From contig OZ244038.1 in the NCBI GenBank assembly GCA_965215145.1, positions 956,579 to 1,020,578 of the forward strand: a stretch of DNA of 64,000 bases. The letters are read 5' to 3'. A program made the translations under genes and the position numbers. Of this stretch, positions 61,770 to 64,000 are shown in pieces. This DNA is from Rhodothermales bacterium (lineage in GTDB: Bacteria > Bacteroidota > Rhodothermia > Rhodothermales > JANQRZ01). Each line of letters opens with the position of its first letter. The first letter of the stretch is position 1. The notes beneath the pieces were generated by a model. That model saw only the letters and a list, made by a program, of their open reading frames with translations. It ran no database searches and was not told the origin of the DNA.

Positions 61770-64000
61770 ATGCTCCGCCGTTTCGCCCCCCTCGCCGTCC
61801 TCCTGCCCACCCTCGCCGTCGCCCAGCCGGCCGAGAGGCTGACGGTGGACCTCATCGCGCAGGACCCGGAGACGTGGATCGGGGACTGGCCGGAGGACGT
61901 GTTCTGGACCGACGCGGGCGACTACGTCTACTTCACCTGGAACCCGCGCGGCGCCTTCCCCTCGGACTCCCTGTTCCGCGCGCCCCGCGCTGGCGGTGAG
62001 CCGGAGGTCGTCCCCGCCGCCGACCGCCGGAGGCTCCCGCCCCGCTTCGACGGCTGGCACGCCGACCGGCTCGCCTACGACCGCGGGTTCCGCCACCACG
62101 TCTTTGCCCGCGACGGCGATCTCTGGCTCTACGAGATCCCCGCCGGCCGCCTCCGCCGGCTGACGGCCACATCCGAGAGCGAGGCCGACCCCCGGTTCGC
62201 CCCCGGCGACCCGCAGCGCGTCGTGTTCGTCCGCGACGACAACCTCTTCGCCCTCGACCTCAGCGGCGGCGGGGCGCTGGTGGAGCAGCTCACCGACATC
62301 CGCAGCGGCGGCCCGGACTCCGACGCCACCGCCGACGCGCAGGACGGCTTCCTGGAGCGCCAGCAGCTCGAGCTCTTCGACGTGCTCCGCGAGCGGGCGA
62401 GGCTCGACTCGCTCCGCGAGGCGGCCGAGGAGCAAGAGGAGGCCGCGCGCGACGTCCCGCCTACGCTCTACACCGGGCAGAAGCGCGTGCAGGGCCTGAG
62501 CCTCAGCCCCGACGAGCGGTTCGTCACCCTCGTCCTCGCCGAGGTCGTCCCCCCGAAGCCGACGAGCATGACGGACTACGTCACCCGCACCGGCTACGCC
62601 GAGGAGCTCTCGGCCCGCCCGAAGGTCGGCGCCGCGGGCTCGTCCTACGAGCTCGTCCTGCAGGACCTGGAGCGCGACACGAGCTACACCGTGGACCTCC
62701 GCGCGCTCCCCGGCGCCACCGCCGCCGCGGACTTCCAGCGCGAGCGCGGGCAGGAGGCCGACTCCGCCCGCACGCTCGTCCCCGTCGGGCCGTACTGGAG
62801 CCCCAAGCCTGCCCCCGCGGAAGCGGGGGGGCGCTACGCTGTCGTGGACGTGCGGACCCGCGACAACAAGGACCGCTGGATCGTCCGGCTCGACGCGGAG
62901 GCCGGCACCGTCACCGCCCTCCACCACGACCGCGACGAGGCGTGGATCGCCGGGCCGGGGATCTCGTGGTGGGTCGGGCAGAGCGACGTCGGCTGGATGC
63001 CCGATGGGGAGACGTTCTGGTTCCACAGCGAGGCCGACGGGTACTCCCACCTCTACGCCGTGGACGTCCCGACCGGGGAGGTCCGGCAGCTCACCTCGGG
63101 CGCCTTCGAGGTCTCGGACGCCCGGCTCTCGAAGGACGGCGCCTGGTGGGTTTTTCAAAGCAGCGAGGGCTCGCCCTTCGAGCGGCACTACTACCGGATG
63201 GCAGCGGAGGGAGGGGAGCGCGACCGGATCACCCGCCTCCCCGGCCGCAACGACGCCGCGCTCTCGCCCGACGACGAGCTGCTGGCGATCCTGAACTCGC
63301 GCAGCAACCGCCCGCCCGAGGTGTTCATCGAGCCGCTGTTCGTCGGGGAGAGCGGAGCGCAGGTCGCTCCGCTGAGCGGCCGGCAGGCCCCGATCCGGCA
63401 GGTGACGAACTCGACCACCGACGCGTGGCGGGCCCACGGGTGGATCGAGCCGGAGATCGTCACCCTCCCCGCGAGCGACGGGGCGGCGGTGCCCGCGCGG
63501 ATCTACCGCCCGGAGGACTTCGGCGCCGAGCCCAACGGGGCCGCCGTCTTCTTCGTCCACGGCGCCGGCTACCTCCAGAACGTCCACAACTGGTGGAGCT
63601 CGTACTTCCGCGAGTACCAGTTCCACCACCTCCTCGCGCAGCGCGGCTACCTCGTCCTCGACCTCGACTACCGCGCGAGCGCCGGCTACGGCCGCGACTG
63701 GCGGACGGCCGTCTACCGCCACATGGGCGGGCGCGACCTCCAGGACTACGTCGACGCGAGCCGGTGGGTGGGCTCGGAGTTCGGGATCCCGCCCGAGCGC
63801 GTGGCGATCTACGGCGGCTCCTACGGCGGCTTCCTCACGCTGATGGCCCTCTTCACCGAACCGGAGCACTTCGGCTCCGGCGCCGCCCTCCGCTCCGTCA
63901 CCGACTGGGCGCACTACAACGACGTCTACACCTCGAACATCCTGAACTACCCCGCCGAGGACTCCCTCGCCTTCGCCCGAAGCTCCCCGATCAACTTCGC
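61770..64000 (+). CDS. S9-family serine peptidase (prolyl oligopeptidase / DPP-IV type). The 3' end lies outside the window.
   Basis: This gene is not in the supplied ORF track because there is no stop before the window end. My translation from the ATG at 61770 gives MLRRFAPLAVLLPTLAVAQP (signal peptide), then beta-propeller-like repeats, then VFFVHGAGY...ERVAIYGGSYGGFLTLMAL (GxSxGG nucleophile elbow). The frame stays open with high GC3 to 64000. Confidence 0.85.
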   Translation, partial: MLRRFAPLAVLLPTLAVAQPAERLTVDLIAQDPETWIGDWPEDVFWTDAGDYVYFTWNPRGAFPSDSLFRAPRAGGEPEVVPAADRRRLPPRFDGWHADRLAYDRGFRHHVFARDGDLWLYEIPAGRLRRLTATSESEADPRFAPGDPQRVVFVRDDNLFALDLSGGGALVEQLTDIRSGGPDSDATADAQDGFLERQQLELFDVLRERARLDSLREAAEEQEEAARDVPPTLYTGQKRVQGLSLSPDERFVTLVLAEVVPPKPTSMTDYVTRTGYAEELSARPKVGAAGSSYELVLQDLERDTSYTVDLRALPGATAAADFQRERGQEADSARTLVPVGPYWSPKPAPAEAGGRYAVVDVRTRDNKDRWIVRLDAEAGTVTALHHDRDEAWIAGPGISWWVGQSDVGWMPDGETFWFHSEADGYSHLYAVDVPTGEVRQLTSGAFEVSDARLSKDGAWWVFQSSEGSPFERHYYRMAAEGGERDRITRLPGRNDAALSPDDELLAILNSRSNRPPEVFIEPLFVGESGAQVAPLSGRQAPIRQVTNSTTDAWRAHGWIEPEIVTLPASDGAAVPARIYRPEDFGAEPNGAAVFFVHGAGYLQNVHNWWSSYFREYQFHHLLAQRGYLVLDLDYRASAGYGRDWRTAVYRHMGGRDLQDYVDASRWVGSEFGIPPERVAIYGGSYGGFLTLMALFTEPEHFGSGAALRSVTDWAHYNDVYTSNILNYPAEDSLAFARSSPINF

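Noticed and set aside
61752-63914. 720-aa minus-strand ORF
   Set aside because: It is the antisense shadow of the plus-strand S9 peptidase. The composition is Gly/Arg/Ala/Pro-rich with no motifs, whereas the plus frame has a signal peptide and the GGSYGG catalytic motif.

Overview
High-GC (about 70%) bacterial chromosome segment. Seven proteins carry a T9SS/Por C-terminal sorting domain, so by inference this is a Bacteroidota/Rhodothermota-type organism. The window has two parts.

(1) Positions 1 to about 20,905 look like an accessory mobile island that ends at the 3' end of a tRNA-Val(CAC) gene. In order it holds:
- decaying phage/plasmid-type genes: a frameshifted Rep-like fragment, an RNase H1 N-terminal/viroplasmin-domain protein, a Gp37/Gp68 DUF5131 protein and a truncated PD-(D/E)XK nuclease remnant;
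- a complete type I-E CRISPR-Cas locus in non-canonical order (WYL regulator, cas1, cas2, cas3, cas8e, cas11, cas7, cas5, cas6e, leader, then a 32-repeat array);
- an umuC/umuD translesion polymerase pair;
- a hairpin-rich 700-bp non-coding region;
- a module of an unknown protein, ArdC and RadC.

(2) Positions 20,906 to 64,000 are mostly core genes: sigma factor, holA, nuoI-like, uvrA, PaaI thioesterase, MarC, a TolC/adaptor/ABC-ATPase efflux operon, FAD monooxygenase, MBL hydrolase, tRNA-Ser, GT4, ppk1, gdhA, DUF1684 and an S9 peptidase. These are interspersed with large secreted T9SS-cargo proteins.

The observations I rate highest:
- Cas1 has a Pro-rich C-terminal extension ending in DDADDGLPF, which resembles the SSB C-terminal tip.
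- A 28-bp perfect GTAGGGGCG...CGCCCCTAC palindrome sits in frame inside uvrA. Related REP-like copies occupy every junction of the efflux operon.
- An IS5-family (IS427-like) element carries three separate in-frame tandem expansions, including 15 copies of a 15-bp unit at the orfA/orfB junction.
- A further 15-bp tandem array lies just upstream of ppk1.
- A TGCGT-heptad element occurs three times.

All family assignments come from reading motifs in the translations. No database search was possible.
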